A stretch of DNA of 52,201 nucleotides. Source: an uncultured Clostridia bacterium (GTDB taxonomy: Bacteria > Bacillota > Clostridia > Christensenellales > UBA1242). This document shows, in pieces, positions 10,151-21,514 of this stretch; the first letter of the stretch is position 1; each line of letters starts with the position of its first letter. The position numbers and the translations under genes were made by a program. Location of the stretch: positions 1-52,201 of the forward strand of contig CAMRVD010000003.1 in the NCBI GenBank assembly GCA_947054085.1. Reading direction: 5' to 3'. The notes below the pieces were generated by a model. It made no database searches and was not told the origin of the DNA. It was given only the letters and a program-made list of their open reading frames with translations.

Positions 10151-11446
10151 TTAAAGAATATTTTTATGACGCTTCATCATAAGTTGAGCATCTAATTGTT
10201 GACTAAATTCTAGAGCAACTGATACAACAATAAGCATACCAGTAGCTGTAAATGCGTTAAGTAAGCTTAATTGACCACCAGCAACTACTCTAAATAGCAC
10301 AGATGGAATTAAAGCTAAAAATGCTAAGAATATTGCACCAAATAAGGTGATACGTCTTGATACTCTGGTTAGATACTCAGTAGTTGGTTTACCCGGTCTA
10401 ATACCTGGGATAAATCCACCATTTTGTTGAATATTTAAGCTGACATCTGCAGGATTAAACTGCATTTGAGCATAGAAATATGCAAAAAATAGTATAAGCA
10501 ATGCTACAAATACAGAATATACTACCGAGCCTGTACCCATCCATTTGCCCCACCAAATTGCAAAGCCACTTTCTGGCCAAAACAATCCAACAATTAGTGA
10601 TGGAAAGCTTATAATTGCAGTTGCAAATATAATTGGCATAACGCCAGTGCCGTTAACCTTCATTGGGATAAACGAAGATTGCCCACCAAACATTTTGCGT
10701 CCTTTTACTTGTTTTGCATATTGAACGGGAATTTTTCGCTCTGCTCCGTCCACCCAAACTATTAATGCAAATAATAGTATTGCTAAAACCATAAATCCAA
10801 GTAGTTCCCACAAATAGCTAATGCTAGATGTAAACACACTAACGGTTGCGTTTGCAATAGACTGCATACTGGTAGAAAGTATACCAACGAAAATAATTAG
10901 TGATAACCCGTTACCAATTCCTTGAGCAGTGATTCTATCACCTATCCACATTGTAAAGCAAGTACCAGCAACAAGTAATACCATTACCATTGTACCAGTA
11001 AGCCATAATAGGTTTTCGCCAAAGATAGGTGATAATGTGTTCTTATAAGCAAGGACAATTCCTAGACCTTGAGCAATTGCAAGTAGTATTGCTACAATTT
11101 TGGTAGTTAAGTTAATCTTTTCTCTACCACTGTCACCCTCTTTGCTCCAACGCTCTAATTTAGGAATACCTACAGTTAATAGCTGTACAATAATTGATGC
11201 GTTAATGTATGGTGTAACGCCCAGTGCAAAAAATGCTGCGTTAGAAAGCGCACTACCTGTTACCGTATTAAGTAAACTAAGTAGTCCAACACTATCGTTG
11301 TCTATAATGCTTGCATAAGTTTCGGCATTAAGCCCCGGAACGGGCAACCAGCAACCAAGCCTATAAACAAATAGTAGTAGTAGCACAATAAGAATTTTCT
11401 TTCGTATATCCTTATCTTTTAGTGCACTTGCAAGCGATTTAAACAT
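10151..11446 (-). CDS. secY: Preprotein translocase SecY
   Basis: LGVTPYINASII, GIGNGLSLIIF, GGFIPGIRPG. Confidence 0.99.
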   Translation of the reverse strand: MFKSLASALKDKDIRKKILIVLLLLFVYRLGCWLPVPGLNAETYASIIDNDSVGLLSLLNTVTGSALSNAAFFALGVTPYINASIIVQLLTVGIPKLERWSKEGDSGREKINLTTKIVAILLAIAQGLGIVLAYKNTLSPIFGENLLWLTGTMVMVLLVAGTCFTMWIGDRITAQGIGNGLSLIIFVGILSTSMQSIANATVSVFTSSISYLWELLGFMVLAILLFALIVWVDGAERKIPVQYAKQVKGRKMFGGQSSFIPMKVNGTGVMPIIFATAIISFPSLIVGLFWPESGFAIWWGKWMGTGSVVYSVFVALLILFFAYFYAQMQFNPADVSLNIQQNGGFIPGIRPGKPTTEYLTRVSRRITLFGAIFLAFLALIPSVLFRVVAGGQLSLLNAFTATGMLIVVSVALEFSQQLDAQLMMKRHKNIL

Positions 11447-11889
11447 TATACCACCTCTACCGAGCCACCTGCAGCAGCAATTTTGCTTTGTGCAGATTCT
11501 GTAAATTTAGCAGCCTTAACAGTTAGATTTTTGGTTAAGTTGCCATTACCTAAAACTTTTAAACCATAAGGCTCAATTTTTGCAATCATACCTTTAGATT
11601 TTAAAAGTTCAGCGGTAACTACAGTACCGTTTTCTAGATTTTCTAGATCGCTAACGTTAATTGTAGTGTAAACTTTTCTCCAATTATTGGTAAAGCCTCT
11701 TTTTGGAAGCCTACGAATTAGTGGCATCTGACCGCCTTCAAAACCAGGACGAACGCCACCGCCACTACGAGCATTTTGACCTTTATGACCTTTACCAGAA
11801 GTTTTTCCAAGTCCAGAACCAGTACCTCTACCTAGTCTTTTGGTTTTTTGTGTAGAACCAGGTGCTGGTGATAATTCGTGTAATTTCAT
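11446..11889 (-). CDS. rplO: 50S ribosomal protein L15
   Basis: [18 protein letters not shown]. Confidence 0.99.
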   Translation of the reverse strand: MKLHELSPAPGSTQKTKRLGRGTGSGLGKTSGKGHKGQNARSGGGVRPGFEGGQMPLIRRLPKRGFTNNWRKVYTTINVSDLENLENGTVVTAELLKSKGMIAKIEPYGLKVLGNGNLTKNLTVKAAKFTESAQSKIAAAGGSVEVV

Positions 11890-11900
11890 ACCTTTCCTCC

Positions 11901-12371
11901 TTAAACTTCTTCTACTTTAACAAGATGCTTAACCACAAAAATCATACCTCTTGTGCAAGCGTTATCTGGTTTTATTGTGGTGCTATTAGTCTTTTTTAGT
12001 CCTAATGCTTCTAATGTTCTTGTTTGTTTTTGTAATCTACCATAACCGCTTTTAACTAAGGTAATTTTTAACATTTTGCCTTGTTTTTTTGCAGGTTTTG
12101 TTTCTGTTTTTACAGCTTTTACTTCGGTTTTAACTTCTGCTTTTGCGGTTGTTGTTTTAACAGCAGAAGCCTTTGCAGTTTCTACTTTAGCAGTAGCAAC
12201 CTTTTCAGTTGTTTTTGCTGCAGTAGTTTTGCTAGCTGCACTTTTAGCTGTAGTAGCCTTTGCTGTGCTAGCTGTTTTTGTAGTAGAAGTTTTAGCTGCA
12301 GGCTTTGAAGCTGTAGCTGATTTAGTTGCTGCAGTTTTGCTAGTTTTTGTTGTTGTTTTAGTTTCTGCCAT
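11901..12371 (-). CDS. rpmD: 50S ribosomal protein L30 with about 100-aa Ala/Lys/Thr N-terminal extension
   Basis: C-terminal [32 protein letters not shown]; lies between rpsE and rplO; AGGAGG before the long start. Confidence 0.93.
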   Translation of the reverse strand: MAETKTTTKTSKTAATKSATASKPAAKTSTTKTASTAKATTAKSAASKTTAAKTTEKVATAKVETAKASAVKTTTAKAEVKTEVKAVKTETKPAKKQGKMLKITLVKSGYGRLQKQTRTLEALGLKKTNSTTIKPDNACTRGMIFVVKHLVKVEEV

Positions 12372-12384
12372 TTATAAACTCCTC

Positions 12385-12990
12385 CTACCTAATTTCTTCT
12401 ACCGATTTGCCACGAATTGCAGCAATTTGCTCGGCACTTCTAAGATTTATTAGTCCGTCAAAAGTAGCCTTAACACAGTTTACAGGGTTGTTAGAACCAT
12501 AAGATTTGGTTGTAATATCCTTAATACCTGCCATTTCTACTACATCACGAACTGCACCACCGGCAATAACACCATTACCTTCCTTACTAGGCATCATAAG
12601 TATTTTTGTAGTTTCAAATCTACCTATAATTTCATGAGGAATAGTTGTACCATCTAACGAAATGTTTACAAGATGATGTTTTGCATCCATAGTTGCTTTT
12701 TCTATAGCTAGAGTTACTTCGGCTGCTTTGCCCATGCCAATACCAACTCTGCCATTGCGGTCGCCCACAACAACTACAGCGTTAAAACGCATTTTTCTAC
12801 CACCTTTAACGGTTTTAGAAATACGATTAACTGCAACCATTTTTTTATCTAGACCATCGCTGACTTTTTCCTGACGATCCTTTCTTGGGCGGCGTTCAAA
12901 CTTTTTACCGTTTCCACGATTTTGTTTTTCAGCTTTTGGCTTTTCTGTTGCTTCCTCGGTAGCAACTGCATTATTTTCTAATTCTGCCAT
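12385..12990 (-). CDS. rpsE: 30S ribosomal protein S5
   Basis: [28 protein letters not shown]. Confidence 0.99.
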   Translation of the reverse strand: MAELENNAVATEEATEKPKAEKQNRGNGKKFERRPRKDRQEKVSDGLDKKMVAVNRISKTVKGGRKMRFNAVVVVGDRNGRVGIGMGKAAEVTLAIEKATMDAKHHLVNISLDGTTIPHEIIGRFETTKILMMPSKEGNGVIAGGAVRDVVEMAGIKDITTKSYGSNNPVNCVKATFDGLINLRSAEQIAAIRGKSVEEIR

Positions 12991-12998
12991 AACGCCTC

Positions 12999-13367
12999 CT
13001 AAAACTCTAAGCCAGCGCTTCTTGCGCCTTCGGCTAGTTTTTGTACACGACCAGTGTAAATATATCCACCGCGGTCAAATACGACTTTTTTAATCTTTAA
13101 TTTTTTAGCACGGCTACCAACTAGTTTACCAACTTCGTATGCGATTTCGCTTTTTGTTTTGTTTTCTAGTTTGCCAGCAAGTTCTTTATCTAGGCTAGAT
13201 GCAGAGCATAAGGTTTTACCTTGCTCGTCATCGATAATTTGAGCATAGATATGAACTGTCGAACGATAAACATTAAGTCTAGGTTGCTCTTTGCTTCCGC
13301 TAAGAGTGTTTCTAATACGGTCATGTTTAGCTTTTCTATCTTGATTTTTGTTAGACTTTTTAAACAT
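12999..13367 (-). CDS. rplR: 50S ribosomal protein L18
   Basis: [22 protein letters not shown]. Confidence 0.99.
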   Translation of the reverse strand: MFKKSNKNQDRKAKHDRIRNTLSGSKEQPRLNVYRSTVHIYAQIIDDEQGKTLCSASSLDKELAGKLENKTKSEIAYEVGKLVGSRAKKLKIKKVVFDRGGYIYTGRVQKLAEGARSAGLEF

Positions 13368-13379
13368 ATCTTACTCTCC

Positions 13380-13931
13380 TTATTTCTTTTTAGCACCTTT
13401 TTTAATTTCTTTTCTTCTGACTGGTTCGTTTGTATAGTAGATACCATAGCCATGATAAGGTTCAACCTTTTTAAGCGATTTAATATCTGCTGCAAACTGA
13501 CCAACAGCAGTTTTATCTATACCAGATACTACAATTTCTGTCGCTGATGGACAAGTAGCAGTAATACCCTTTGGAATTTCGATGTTTACTGGATGCGAAA
13601 AACCAATATTTAAGGTAATTTTGTTGCCGCTAACTGCACATTTATAACCGATACCATTAATTGTTACCGATTTAGAATAACCTTCGGTAACACCTTTAAC
13701 CATATTAGCAATAAGTGCTCTGTATAAGCCATGTTTTGCTTTAACTTTATTTTCGTCATTTATTCTGGTTAATACAACGTGACCATTTTCTACATCAACA
13801 TTAATGCACGAAAAGTCTACCCATTGACGAAGCGATCCCTTAGGTCCGGTTACAATAACTTCGCCTTCGGTGTTTTTGTCTACTGTAACACCAGCAGGAA
13901 TAGTAATAGGAGCTCTACCAATTCTACTCAT
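13380..13931 (-). CDS. rplF: 50S ribosomal protein L6
   Basis: MSRIG start at 13931; LNIGFSHPV, EPYHGYGI. Confidence 0.98.
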   Translation of the reverse strand: MSRIGRAPITIPAGVTVDKNTEGEVIVTGPKGSLRQWVDFSCINVDVENGHVVLTRINDENKVKAKHGLYRALIANMVKGVTEGYSKSVTINGIGYKCAVSGNKITLNIGFSHPVNIEIPKGITATCPSATEIVVSGIDKTAVGQFAADIKSLKKVEPYHGYGIYYTNEPVRRKEIKKGAKKK

Positions 13932-13942
13932 TTGCTTTCCTC

Positions 13943-14341
13943 CTACCATACATAGGCGAGAACTTCGCCACCTATGCCTAATTTTCTAGCATTTTTGTCG
14001 GTCATAACACCCTTAGATGTACTTACGATGGCAATGCCAAGACCAGATAAAACTTTTGGAAGTTCGTCTGCACCTGCATAAATTTTTAAGCCTGGTTTAG
14101 AGATTCTTTTAAGACCTGTTATAACTTTTTCGCCTCTTGTGCCATATTTTAGTTTAATAACAAGATCGGTAAACTTGCCATTTTGAACTTCTTCAAAGGC
14201 TGCAATATAGCCTTCGTCTAAAAGGATTTGAGCTATAGCTCTTTTCATTTTAGAAGTTTCCATTGTGCAAGTTTCGTGCTTAGCACCAAGTGCATTTCTA
14301 ACACGAGTTAGCATATCTGCAATAGGATCTGTAACTATCAT
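13943..14341 (-). CDS. rpsH: 30S ribosomal protein S8
   Basis: [21 protein letters not shown]. Confidence 0.99.
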   Translation of the reverse strand: MIVTDPIADMLTRVRNALGAKHETCTMETSKMKRAIAQILLDEGYIAAFEEVQNGKFTDLVIKLKYGTRGEKVITGLKRISKPGLKIYAGADELPKVLSGLGIAIVSTSKGVMTDKNARKLGIGGEVLAYVW

Positions 14342-14353
14342 TTTTATTCCTCC

Positions 14354-14539
14354 TTACCAGCTTGCCTTTTTTACTCCAGGAATTTCGCCTTTGTAGGCTA
14401 AATTTCTAAAGCAAATTCTGCAAATGCCATATTTTCTTAAAACAGCGTGTGGTCTGCCACAGATAGAGCAACGAGTATAAGCTCTGGTGCTAAACTTAGC
14501 AGGTTTTTGCTGTTTATTTACCATAGATTTTTTTGCCAT
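14354..14539 (-). CDS. rpsZ: 30S ribosomal protein S14 (zinc-binding type Z)
   Basis: [22 protein letters not shown]. Confidence 0.97.
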   Translation of the reverse strand: MAKKSMVNKQQKPAKFSTRAYTRCSICGRPHAVLRKYGICRICFRNLAYKGEIPGVKKASW

Positions 14540-14557
14540 AATCTCTCCTTACTCCTC

Positions 14558-15109
14558 CTAAGCCTTTTTAAAAGGCATGCCTAACTTAGAAAGTAGGCTT
14601 CTTGCCTCGTTATCGGTGTTTGCAGTAGTTATAAAGCAAACATCAAACCCACGGATTTTTTCTATTTTGTCGTATACAATTTCTGGGAAAATTAGTTGTT
14701 CTTTAACGCCATAAGCATAGTTTCCTCTACCATCAAATGCATTAGGGTTTAAACCTCTAAAGTCACGCACTCTAGGAAGAGCAATTGCAATAAATTTATC
14801 CAAAAATTCGTACATTCTAGTGCCGCGTAATGTAACTTTAGCACCAATTTTTTGACCTTCTCTTAACTTAAAGTTAGCAACAGATTTTTTAGCTTTGGTT
14901 ACTACTGGTTTTTGACCAGCAATAGCCTCTAATTCTTCTACTGCTAAGTTAAAGCTTTTAGAGTTGTCTTTTACATCGCCCAAGCCCATATTAAGAACAA
15001 TTTTGTCTAGTTTTGGAACTTCGTTGATGTTTTTATAACCAAACTCACTTACAAGAGCAGGAACAATTTCGGTTTTGTATTTATTTTTTAAACGATTTAC
15101 TTCTGCCAT
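14558..15109 (-). CDS. rplE: 50S ribosomal protein L5
   Basis: [18 protein letters not shown]. Confidence 0.99.
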   Translation of the reverse strand: MAEVNRLKNKYKTEIVPALVSEFGYKNINEVPKLDKIVLNMGLGDVKDNSKSFNLAVEELEAIAGQKPVVTKAKKSVANFKLREGQKIGAKVTLRGTRMYEFLDKFIAIALPRVRDFRGLNPNAFDGRGNYAYGVKEQLIFPEIVYDKIEKIRGFDVCFITTANTDNEARSLLSKLGMPFKKA

Positions 15110-15112
15110 TTG

Positions 15113-15682
15113 TTACACTCCTCTTTGAGCTGATTTACCAGTTGTGGTAGATTTTTTAACCGAGCTAGCTTTTGTAGCTTTTACTTCGGTTGCAGCTTTA
15201 TTAGCTGTGGTTTTAGTAGTTTTGTTAGTAGTTTTTGCTGTAGTTTTAGTAGCAGCAGTTTTAGCAGAAGTACTGTTCACTTCTTCCTTAACTTCAGCGA
15301 CTGGAGCTTCTGTTTCTGCAGCTTTTACAGTCTTTTTGCTAGCTTTTTTTTCGACTTTTACTTGTCGATCGTCTAAGCTAGCACCGCACTTACATACTCT
15401 AACTTTTTTGCCTTCTACTACTTGGTTTTTTACCCTTGTAGCTTTGCCGCATTTTGGGCAAACTGGCATAACGTTAGAAACATGAATAGTGCCTTCTACT
15501 TTACGTATTTCGCTCTTATCTTGAGCACTTCTTGCTTTGTGTGCTTTAGAAACAATGTTTACACCTTCAACAACAATTCGGTTAGTTTTAGGAGAAACTT
15601 TAAGCACTTTGCCCATTTTACCAGCATCTTTACCAGTAATAACAACTACGGTATCGCCAGTTTTAACATTCATACTTGCCAT
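15113..15682 (-). CDS. rplX: 50S ribosomal protein L24 with about 80-aa Ala/Lys/Thr C-terminal tail
   Basis: GDTVVVITGKDAGKMG KOW motif, IHVSNVM, CPKC..CKC, then a low-complexity tail. Confidence 0.97.
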   Translation of the reverse strand: MASMNVKTGDTVVVITGKDAGKMGKVLKVSPKTNRIVVEGVNIVSKAHKARSAQDKSEIRKVEGTIHVSNVMPVCPKCGKATRVKNQVVEGKKVRVCKCGASLDDRQVKVEKKASKKTVKAAETEAPVAEVKEEVNSTSAKTAATKTTAKTTNKTTKTTANKAATEVKATKASSVKKSTTTGKSAQRGV

Positions 15683-15693
15683 TTTTTATCCTC

Positions 15694-16062
15694 CTAAATA
15701 ACTTCTGGTGCTAGTGAAATAATCTTCATAAAATCTTTTTCACGAAGTTCACGAGCAATAGGTCCAAATATACGAGTGCCTTTTGGTTGTTTTTGGTTGT
15801 CTATAACAACAGCAGCGTTATCATCAAAGCGAATGGTAGAACCATCTATACGCTGAACTTCTTTATGAGTTCTAACAACAACGGCTTTTATAACATCGCC
15901 CTTCTTAACAGTTCCACCAGGGGTAGCACTTTTTACGCTTGCTACAATAATGTCGCCAACGCTAGCGTACCTACGCTTAGAACCACCAAGAACTTTGATA
16001 CACATAATTTCTTTTGCACCAGTGTTATCAGCAACTTTTAATCTGGTTTGTGGTTGTATCAT
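15694..16062 (-). CDS. rplN: 50S ribosomal protein L14
   Basis: [20 protein letters not shown]. Confidence 0.99.
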   Translation of the reverse strand: MIQPQTRLKVADNTGAKEIMCIKVLGGSKRRYASVGDIIVASVKSATPGGTVKKGDVIKAVVVRTHKEVQRIDGSTIRFDDNAAVVIDNQKQPKGTRIFGPIARELREKDFMKIISLAPEVI

Positions 16063-16080
16063 AATCTTATCTCTCCTTCG

Positions 16081-16344
16081 TTATTTGACCTTTTCGACTA
16101 TTCTTACTAATCTCCAACGCTTGTTTTTGCTAAGCGGACGAGTTTCCGATACTTCTACGGTATCTCCAATAGAACATTCGTTATTTTCATCGTGAGCAAC
16201 AAGAGTTGTAGTGTGGTTTTGAGTTTTTTTGTAAATTGGGTGTTTAACCTTGGTATGAACCTTTACAGTTATGGTTTTGTCCATTTTGTTACTAGAAACA
16301 ACACCAATTCTGGTTTTTCTTTCATTTCTCTCTACGTTTTCCAT
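16081..16344 (-). CDS. rpsQ: 30S ribosomal protein S17
   Basis: [21 protein letters not shown]. Confidence 0.99.
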   Translation of the reverse strand: MENVERNERKTRIGVVSSNKMDKTITVKVHTKVKHPIYKKTQNHTTTLVAHDENNECSIGDTVEVSETRPLSKNKRWRLVRIVEKVK

Positions 16345-16352
16345 ACTTCACC

Positions 16353-16613
16353 TTAACCTTTTATAGCCTTTTTAGCTGTAGATTTTTTAGCAGCTTTTAC
16401 TTGAGCGGTAGGAGCTTTGGCAATACCAAGTTCTCTTTCTCTAATAATAGTTTTAACTTTAGCAATATCCTTTTTGCAAGTTTTAAGTTGCATAGGGTTA
16501 GCCAAGCTATTGGTAGCGTGAGCGAAACGCAAGTTAAATAATTCCGATTTTAAACTTGCTAGTTTGTCTGCAAGCTCTACATCGGTCATACTTGCAAATT
16601 CGTTAGACTTCAT
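16353..16613 (-). CDS. rpmC: 50S ribosomal protein L29 with Ala/Lys-rich tail
   Basis: KSELFNLRF, KKDIAKVKTIIRER; likely ATG at 16613. Confidence 0.96.
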   Translation of the reverse strand: MKSNEFASMTDVELADKLASLKSELFNLRFAHATNSLANPMQLKTCKKDIAKVKTIIRERELGIAKAPTAQVKAAKKSTAKKAIKG

Positions 16614-16614
16614 A

Positions 16615-17049
16615 TTATTCACCCTCCACTGTATTTTCTAGATCTGCACGGCTTGCAATTTTAACTTTGCAAGGTAGTTTGTGACAAGCTAAGCGAAGTG
16701 CTTCTCTTGCAACTTCTTCCTTAACTCCGCCAATTTCAAACATAACTCTGCCTGGTTTTACAACTGCAACCCAAAATTCTGGGTTACCTTTACCGCTACC
16801 CATACGGGTTTGAGCAGGTTTTTTAGTGATTGGTTTATCTGGGAATATTTTGATCCAAACTTTACCACCACGTTTTGTATACCTAGTCATAGCAACACGT
16901 GCTGCTTCTATTTGATTAGAAGTAATCCAGCAAGGCTCTTGAGCTACAATACCAAAATCACCGTAGTTAATTTTGTTACCTCGGGTAGCCTTACCAGTCA
17001 TTCTACCTCTTTGAACTTTTCTTCTTTTAACTCTTTTAGGCATCAACAT
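16615..17049 (-). CDS. rplP: 50S ribosomal protein L16
   Basis: [18 protein letters not shown]. Confidence 0.99.
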   Translation of the reverse strand: MLMPKRVKRRKVQRGRMTGKATRGNKINYGDFGIVAQEPCWITSNQIEAARVAMTRYTKRGGKVWIKIFPDKPITKKPAQTRMGSGKGNPEFWVAVVKPGRVMFEIGGVKEEVAREALRLACHKLPCKVKIASRADLENTVEGE

Positions 17050-17710
17050 TTTTGTTTCCTCCTACATTTGAGGTTAGGTTGGTTTTACCTAGGATTTCGC
17101 CCTTGTAAATCCAAACTTTTACGCCAAGTTTACCATAGATATGAGCTTCTGCAAAGCCGTAGTCTATGTCAGCACGTAAGGTTTGTAGTGGAAGCGAACC
17201 TTCTTGATAAAACTCGCTACGAGCAATTTCTGCACCGTCTAATCTTCCACCAACCATAATTTTTACACCCTTAACGCCAGCTTTTTGACATCTAGAAAGG
17301 GCTTGTTTCATAGCTCTTCTAAAGCTTACACGAGCTTCTAGTTGAGCACAGATACTTTCTGCTACAAGTTGAGCATCTGTATCTGGAGATTTAATTTCTA
17401 CAACATTAACTGCAATGTCTTTTTTGGTAAGCTTATTTAATGATGCTTTAATAGCCTCTACTCCAGCACCCTTTTGACCAATTACCATACCAGGTTTACT
17501 AGTAAAAAGTGATACTGTAATTTTTTGTGCAGTTCTGTCGATAACTACTTTACTGATAGAATAGTTTTTGTAGTTTTTAGATACAAATTTACGAATGTCG
17601 CTGTCTTCTTTAATAAAGCTAGCCATATCGCCTTTATTAGCTATCCAGTTGCTAGTCCAAGCTTTATTAATACCAACTCTCATTCCGTTAGGATTAACTT
17701 TCTGTCCCAT
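17036..17710 (-). CDS. rpsC: 30S ribosomal protein S3
   Basis: [18 protein letters not shown]. Confidence 0.99.
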   Translation of the reverse strand: MGQKVNPNGMRVGINKAWTSNWIANKGDMASFIKEDSDIRKFVSKNYKNYSISKVVIDRTAQKITVSLFTSKPGMVIGQKGAGVEAIKASLNKLTKKDIAVNVVEIKSPDTDAQLVAESICAQLEARVSFRRAMKQALSRCQKAGVKGVKIMVGGRLDGAEIARSEFYQEGSLPLQTLRADIDYGFAEAHIYGKLGVKVWIYKGEILGKTNLTSNVGGNKNVDA

Positions 17711-17719
17711 AATATCCTC

Positions 17720-18106
17720 CTAAGCCCTTACATCCAAAATCACTGTAATGTGACTGGTTCTTTTTAATATAGAATGAGCTCTGCCCTTGCTAACTGGCTG
17801 AAATCTTTTTAAAGTTTGTCCGCCATCTGCAAAAGTTTCTGCTACATATAGGTCAGCTTTGTTTAATCCAAGATTGTTTTCGGCATTAGCAGCAGCACTT
17901 TCTAATACTTTTAGCACAACTTCTGCACTTGTGTTAGTCATATTTTTTAGTATTGCTGCAGCATCAGCGTAGTCTTTTCCACGGATGACATCTAGTACAA
18001 CTCTAACCTTACTTGGGGCAATTCGTACATATTTAGCAACAGCTTTTGCACGTTTATCGCGATTAGCTGCAATTTTTTCAGCTTTTTGTCTTTGTCTGGT
18101 TGCCAT
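17720..18106 (-). CDS. rplV: 50S ribosomal protein L22
   Basis: SAAANAENN, ILKRTSHITV. Confidence 0.99.
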   Translation of the reverse strand: MATRQRQKAEKIAANRDKRAKAVAKYVRIAPSKVRVVLDVIRGKDYADAAAILKNMTNTSAEVVLKVLESAAANAENNLGLNKADLYVAETFADGGQTLKRFQPVSKGRAHSILKRTSHITVILDVRA

Positions 18107-18387
18107 TATTTTTTGCCTCCTGTAGTTTTAGCACCCTTATGACCTTTAAAGGTACGAGTTGGTGCAAATTCGCCTAGCTTGTAACCAACCATTTCTGAGG
18201 TAATGTATACAGGAACATGTTTTCTGCCGTCATGAACAGCTATAGTGTGTCCTATCATTTCTGGAACAATAGTTGATGCTCTAGACCAAGTTTTAATTGG
18301 TTGTTTTTCGTTAGCCGCATTAAGTGCATTAACCTTTTTAAGTAGGCTTTCTGCTACAAAAGGGCCTTTTTTAATACTTCTACTCAT
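18106..18387 (-). CDS. rpsS: 30S ribosomal protein S19
   Basis: [19 protein letters not shown]. Confidence 0.99.
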   Translation of the reverse strand: MSRSIKKGPFVAESLLKKVNALNAANEKQPIKTWSRASTIVPEMIGHTIAVHDGRKHVPVYITSEMVGYKLGEFAPTRTFKGHKGAKTTGGKK

Positions 18388-18398
18388 TGTCCATCCTC

Positions 18399-19226
18399 CT
18401 AGTTGATTCTCTTAACAATAAATTTGTTAGAACGATTTTTCTTTTTTCTTGTCTTTAAGCCAAGTGCAGGTTTACCCCATGGAGTCATAGGACCAGCGTG
18501 TCCTACTGGAGATTTACCTTCACCACCACCATGTGGGTGATCTACTGGGTTCATTACAGATCCACGAACGGTAGGGCGTACTCCCATATGACGTTTGCGA
18601 CCTGCTTTACCAAGGCTTACAATTTCATGTTCGGTGTTACCAATTTGACCAATTGTAGCACGACAGGTAACAGGAACTTTTCTCATTTCGCCTGATGGCA
18701 TACGTAAAGTTGCATATTTACCTTCTTTTGCCATGTACTGAGCACTGTTACCAGCACTACGAGCAATTTTTCCGCCACGTCCCGGTTGAAATTCGATATT
18801 ATGAACCACCGAACCAACTGGAATGTTTTCTAGTGGTAAGCAGTTACCAACTTTAATTTCTACACTAGAGCCACTCATAATTGTGTCTCCAACAGCTAGC
18901 CCTAAAGGTGCTAAAATATAACGCTTTTCGCCATCTACATAATGTAAAAGAGCGATATAAGCACTTCTGTTTGGATCGTACTCTATGCTTGCAACTTTTG
19001 CAGGGATATTATCTTTATTTCTTTTAAAATCTATAACTCTATACTTTTGACGGTTACCACCACCAATATGACGAACAGTTATTCTGCCATAGCTATTACG
19101 ACCACCAGATTTTTTAACGGTATCTAGTAAGCTTTTTTCTGGGGTTTTAGTGGTAATTTCTTCAAAAGAAGGAGTGGTCTTAAATCTTTGACCAGCGCTT
19201 GTCGGCTTAAATCTTTTTAATGCCAT
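18399..19226 (-). CDS. rplB: 50S ribosomal protein L2
   Basis: [22 protein letters not shown]. Confidence 0.99.
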   Translation of the reverse strand: MALKRFKPTSAGQRFKTTPSFEEITTKTPEKSLLDTVKKSGGRNSYGRITVRHIGGGNRQKYRVIDFKRNKDNIPAKVASIEYDPNRSAYIALLHYVDGEKRYILAPLGLAVGDTIMSGSSVEIKVGNCLPLENIPVGSVVHNIEFQPGRGGKIARSAGNSAQYMAKEGKYATLRMPSGEMRKVPVTCRATIGQIGNTEHEIVSLGKAGRKRHMGVRPTVRGSVMNPVDHPHGGGEGKSPVGHAGPMTPWGKPALGLKTRKKKNRSNKFIVKRIN

Positions 19227-19246
19227 AATTTCTCTCCTCTCTTTTA

Positions 19247-19537
19247 TTAAGATAAGCTATCAAAGAACTCTATAGATTTACTGTCTGCGGTTAGTTGAAC
19301 AATCGCTTTTTTGTAAGAACCAGTTAGTCCTTGATACTTTCCTTGTCTTTTAATTTTTCCGTAAACATTTGCGGTGTTTACACTTTTTACTTTTACTTTA
19401 AAAATTTCTTCTACAGCCTGTTTAATCTGAGTTTTATTAGCATTTTTTGTAACTTCAAATGTATATTTTTTGTTAGCAAAATCTGCATAAGTTTTTTCCG
19501 ACATAACAGGTCTAATTATAATATCTTGAGCAAACAT
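19247..19537 (-). CDS. rplW: 50S ribosomal protein L23
   Basis: [24 protein letters not shown]. Confidence 0.98.
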   Translation of the reverse strand: MFAQDIIIRPVMSEKTYADFANKKYTFEVTKNANKTQIKQAVEEIFKVKVKSVNTANVYGKIKRQGKYQGLTGSYKKAIVQLTADSKSIEFFDSLS

Positions 19538-20154
19538 TATTTAAGTGCCTCCTCTATTTGTTTAAGAGCATCTTTTGTAACAACAACTTTGTCTGCTACT
19601 ACAACGTCGTAAGTATTAACTAGGTCAGCAGTTGTAACATTAACCTTATCTAGGTTGCCACTTGCTCTAACAACGTTTTCGTTAACGCCATTAGTTACAA
19701 CTGTAACGCGTTTTTCTAGTTTAAATGTTTCTAGAACACTCACCATGCTCTTTGTTTTTCCGTCAAGTTCTAGACTATCTAAAACAATAACATTTTTGTC
19801 TTCTAGTTGTTTAGATAGTGCACTAGTAAATGCTAATGCTTTTACTTGTTTGTTGATTTTTTTAGAAAAATCTCTTGGTTTTGGAGCAAATACAACGCCA
19901 CCATGTGTCCATTGTGGGCTACGGATAGAACCTTGACGAGCTCTTCCTGTACCTTTTTGCCTCCAAGGCTTGCGTCCACCACCACGAACTTCGGTTCTGG
20001 TAAGTGTACTTTTAGTTCCTTGTCTTTGGTTAGCAAGATAACTTACTACTACCTGATGGATTGTAGCTTCGTTATAAGGAACTTTAAACACAGAATCAGC
20101 AAGAGTTAATTTGCCAACTTCTTCGCCAGTTTGTTTATATACTTTAACCTGCAT
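19537..20154 (-). CDS. rplD: 50S ribosomal protein L4
   Basis: [19 protein letters not shown]. Confidence 0.99.
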   Translation of the reverse strand: MQVKVYKQTGEEVGKLTLADSVFKVPYNEATIHQVVVSYLANQRQGTKSTLTRTEVRGGGRKPWRQKGTGRARQGSIRSPQWTHGGVVFAPKPRDFSKKINKQVKALAFTSALSKQLEDKNVIVLDSLELDGKTKSMVSVLETFKLEKRVTVVTNGVNENVVRASGNLDKVNVTTADLVNTYDVVVADKVVVTKDALKQIEEALK

Positions 20155-20172
20155 TATTTTTTCCTCCTTGCA

Positions 20173-20799
20173 TTACGCTTTTACAGCCGAGCAGATTGTA
20201 ACAATGCTGCCCTTAGCGCCAGGAATAGCGCCTTTAACTAAAAGAAGATTACGCTCCTTGTCGACTTTTGCGATTTCTAGATTTTGAATAGTAACTTTTT
20301 CGTTACCATAATGTCCTGGCATGTGGTGATTTTTAATAACTCTAGAAATACTAGAAGACGCACCAATACTACCAACTGCTCTATGAACTGGTCCGTTACC
20401 ATGAGTCATTCTGTGACGTTGAGCATTCCATCTAACGATGTTACCAGTAAATCCACGACCACGAGTGTAGCCCGATACATCTACTTTGTCGCCAACGTTA
20501 AATACACTGCAAGTAACTGTTGCACCAAGTTCTAGATTAGTGTCTAACTTAAATTCTTTTAAATATTTTTTAGCAGAGATATTTGCTTTTTTAAAGTGAC
20601 CAGCTTGTGGTTTTGTAACTCTACTCTGTTTTTCGTCCACAAACGCAAGTTGAGTTGCATTGTAGCCGTCTTTTTCCTCTGTCTTTACTTGAGATACATA
20701 GCAAGGACCTGCTTCTACAACGGTAACAGGAATAACTGTGCCATTATCTGCAAATAGCTGGCTCATGCCAATTTTTTTGCCAAGTATAGCTTGTTTCAT
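20173..20799 (-). CDS. rplC: 50S ribosomal protein L3
   Basis: ILGKKIGMSQ, LVKGAIPG. Confidence 0.99.
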   Translation of the reverse strand: MKQAILGKKIGMSQLFADNGTVIPVTVVEAGPCYVSQVKTEEKDGYNATQLAFVDEKQSRVTKPQAGHFKKANISAKKYLKEFKLDTNLELGATVTCSVFNVGDKVDVSGYTRGRGFTGNIVRWNAQRHRMTHGNGPVHRAVGSIGASSSISRVIKNHHMPGHYGNEKVTIQNLEIAKVDKERNLLLVKGAIPGAKGSIVTICSAVKA

Positions 20800-20819
20800 T
20801 TAATTTTCCTCCTGTTTCC

Positions 20820-21128
20820 TTATAGTTTAATATTAATATCTACCCCCGCTGGCAAGTCGATTTTCATAAGTGAATCCACTGTTTTTGCCGATGGGTTAAA
20901 TATGTCGATAAGTCGTTTATGAGTTCTCATCTCAAATTGTTCTCTACTGTCCTTGTGTTTGTGTACCGATCTAAGGATAGTTACAACTTCCTTTTCGGTA
21001 GGCATAGGTACAGGACCAGATACCTTTGCGCCTGCTTTTTTAGCAGTTTCCACAATTCTTGCTGCCGCTTGGTCTACAAGGTTGTGGTCGTAAGCTCTTA
21101 GCTTAATCCTAATTTTTTGTGTTGCCAT
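20820..21128 (-). CDS. rpsJ: 30S ribosomal protein S10
   Basis: [23 protein letters not shown]. Confidence 0.99.
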   Translation of the reverse strand: MATQKIRIKLRAYDHNLVDQAAARIVETAKKAGAKVSGPVPMPTEKEVVTILRSVHKHKDSREQFEMRTHKRLIDIFNPSAKTVDSLMKIDLPAGVDINIKL

Positions 21129-21134
21129 AAATTT

Positions 21135-21400
21135 CCTCCATTATTATTTACCAGTTCTTTTTGCCTTGAGTGCTGCTACCTCCATAATCTAGCAAAAAGA
21201 TACTGTCGCCCCGCTCTCTTTGGCAGTGCAATTGTCCGCAAAAGTTATCCCTGTAGGTAGGTAACCTTCTGCTTCTTCCCTTTTAGCGTTTTGGTTTGCC
21301 CAACCGACTTGCTGTACATAAATGCAACTAAATAAGTTATAAATTATATACAAGTAGTATCGGTCAAAAGGGCATAATACCCCCTAGACGCTATAACAGC
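21135..21400 (-). promoter_or_regulatory. Long 5' leader of the S10 operon (putative r-leader)
   Basis: About 270 nt between the promoter and rpsJ with GC-rich paired segments (AAGGTTACC..GGATAACTT; GGCGACA). Confidence 0.55.
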
Positions 21401-21406
21401 TTTTAT

Positions 21407-21435
21407 ATAATACTACACACACGGGTGCGTGTCAA
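21407..21435 (-). promoter_or_regulatory. Sigma-A promoter of the S10 operon
   Basis: TTGACA-17 nt-TATTAT on the minus strand. Confidence 0.85.
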
Positions 21436-21483
21436 GACTTTTTTACAAATTAATTTAAATTTTTTAATAATATTTTTTACATT

Positions 21484-21513
21484 AAAAAAGAGAGCAAATT
21501 TGCCCTCCTTTTT
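21484..21513 (-). terminator. Intrinsic terminator after the large surface protein gene
   Basis: Minus strand AAAAAGGAGGGCAAA-TTTGCTCTCTTTTTT. Confidence 0.7.
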
Positions 21514-21514
21514 G

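Noticed and set aside
12076-15485. Hydrophobic plus-strand ORFs at 12076-12453 and 15144-15485, and the other antisense ORFs in the track
   Set aside because: They are shadow frames of the low-complexity L30/L24 tails and of conserved genes, with no RBS or independent motifs.
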